Positions 63,211-64,000 of a stretch of DNA of 64,000 nt are shown here, piece after piece; positions within the stretch are counted from its first letter, which is position 1, and the number at the start of each line of letters is the position of its first letter. The DNA lies in contig NW_005434662.1 in assembly GCF_000315625.1 (NCBI RefSeq), forward strand, positions 643,479 to 707,478, in the 5' to 3' direction. The notes below the pieces were generated by a model, which saw only the letters and a list, made by a program, of their open reading frames with translations, was not told the DNA's origin and ran no database searches. This DNA comes from Guillardia theta CCMP2712. Taxonomy: Eukaryota; Protista; Cryptophyta. A program made the translations under genes and the position numbers.

Positions 63211-63743
63211 TTATTCTGACTCCTCAGCGCGCAACTTAGCGTCGCCGTTGGTAACCTTGATCCCAAGTTGCTCAGCACGCTCGACGATAGCCTTCCTCTT
63301 CCTGGTAGAAACGTTCTGTGCGATCTCTGCAAGCACACAGTGAGAATGAGCAAAGCAACAGGGGAAAGAATGTTTCTTATCCTCACCAGCAGCATACTTC
63401 TTGTTGTGCATAAGGAGAAGTTCCAACTCGGCAACGTTGGAGACACGGAACTTGAGGAAACCATCCGGCATCAAGAAACGCGTTTTCTTGTTGGAACCAT
63501 ATCCGATCTTGACGTGCTTGGGAGTACCCTTAAAATGCCTACGGAAGCGACCATCCATACCGTGGGGCTTCCTCCAGGATTGCTGTGAAATCCAGCATAA
63601 GCTTCGAGAACGGGAAGATTTTCTCAACTCACAGCCATTCTCTTGAAAAGGTCGGCATGGAAACGAACGAACTTGTTCGATTTCTTCTTGACAATTTTAG
63701 GGCGAACCGCCGGTCTCAACTTGCTTCTAGAGCCAACAGCCAT
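63211..63743 (-). CDS. RPL32: 60S ribosomal protein L32 (eL32); introns 63583..63632 and 63327..63386
   Basis: [37 protein letters not shown]|[50 protein letters not shown]|[18 protein letters not shown]. Confidence 0.97.
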
Positions 63744-64000
63744 CCTGCACGGATAAGATCAGAACATGTAACCTCATGGTTCAATGGCATTAAAGTTTTG
63801 AACAGAAACAATGCACGGTGGATCACAAGGCCATTTCCATGTCTGTGTGTAGGGTCCTTGTACATCAGCTTTCACGTACCCAGAACCAATCGCACAAATA
63901 TGTCACGGCATACTTTGTTATAGAAAGAGAATCACAAACTCGTCACACACAGTTTCTTTGCACTGTATGATGCTCACGAAACATATGCAATCGAGTCAAT

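Noticed and set aside
1-64000. CRISPR arrays, tRNA or rRNA genes
   Set aside because: No repeat-spacer structure or recognisable structural RNA was seen by eye; tRNAscan-SE/Infernal were not run.

Overview
Gene-dense, GC-rich eukaryotic nuclear DNA with many short (~45-60 nt) GT-AG introns and microsatellite-filled longer introns. The style resembles a cryptophyte alga such as Guillardia theta, but that is inference. Left to right: a partial GT15 (KRE2-like) mannosyltransferase; a multi-PDZ protein; an ankyrin-repeat protein; an unknown protein; a DUS4-like tRNA dihydrouridine synthase; two small membrane proteins; an ~18.4-kb gene for a >5,000-aa secreted protein (~19 Ig-like repeats, EPTP/EAR-like propellers, Kelch segment, RRLL domain); a stand-alone four-HA-domain protein with a signal-peptide-like leader; an unknown protein; a coiled-coil/ankyrin protein spanning a 100-N gap; a BRM/SNF2 remodeller with two PHD fingers and no visible bromodomain; an F-box-FHA protein; an unresolved AT-rich stretch; and RPL32. 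The most unusual region is 56.8-62.3 kb. It holds an RWP-RK relic, then a PIF/Harbinger remnant (dead DDE transposase, intact Myb/SANT-like partner), then three RWP-RK genes in alternating orientation. Their 206-bp DNA-binding cassettes are near-identical inverted repeats, although the middle gene is otherwise highly diverged. Gene models were read by eye, so boundaries are approximate unless splice sites are given.
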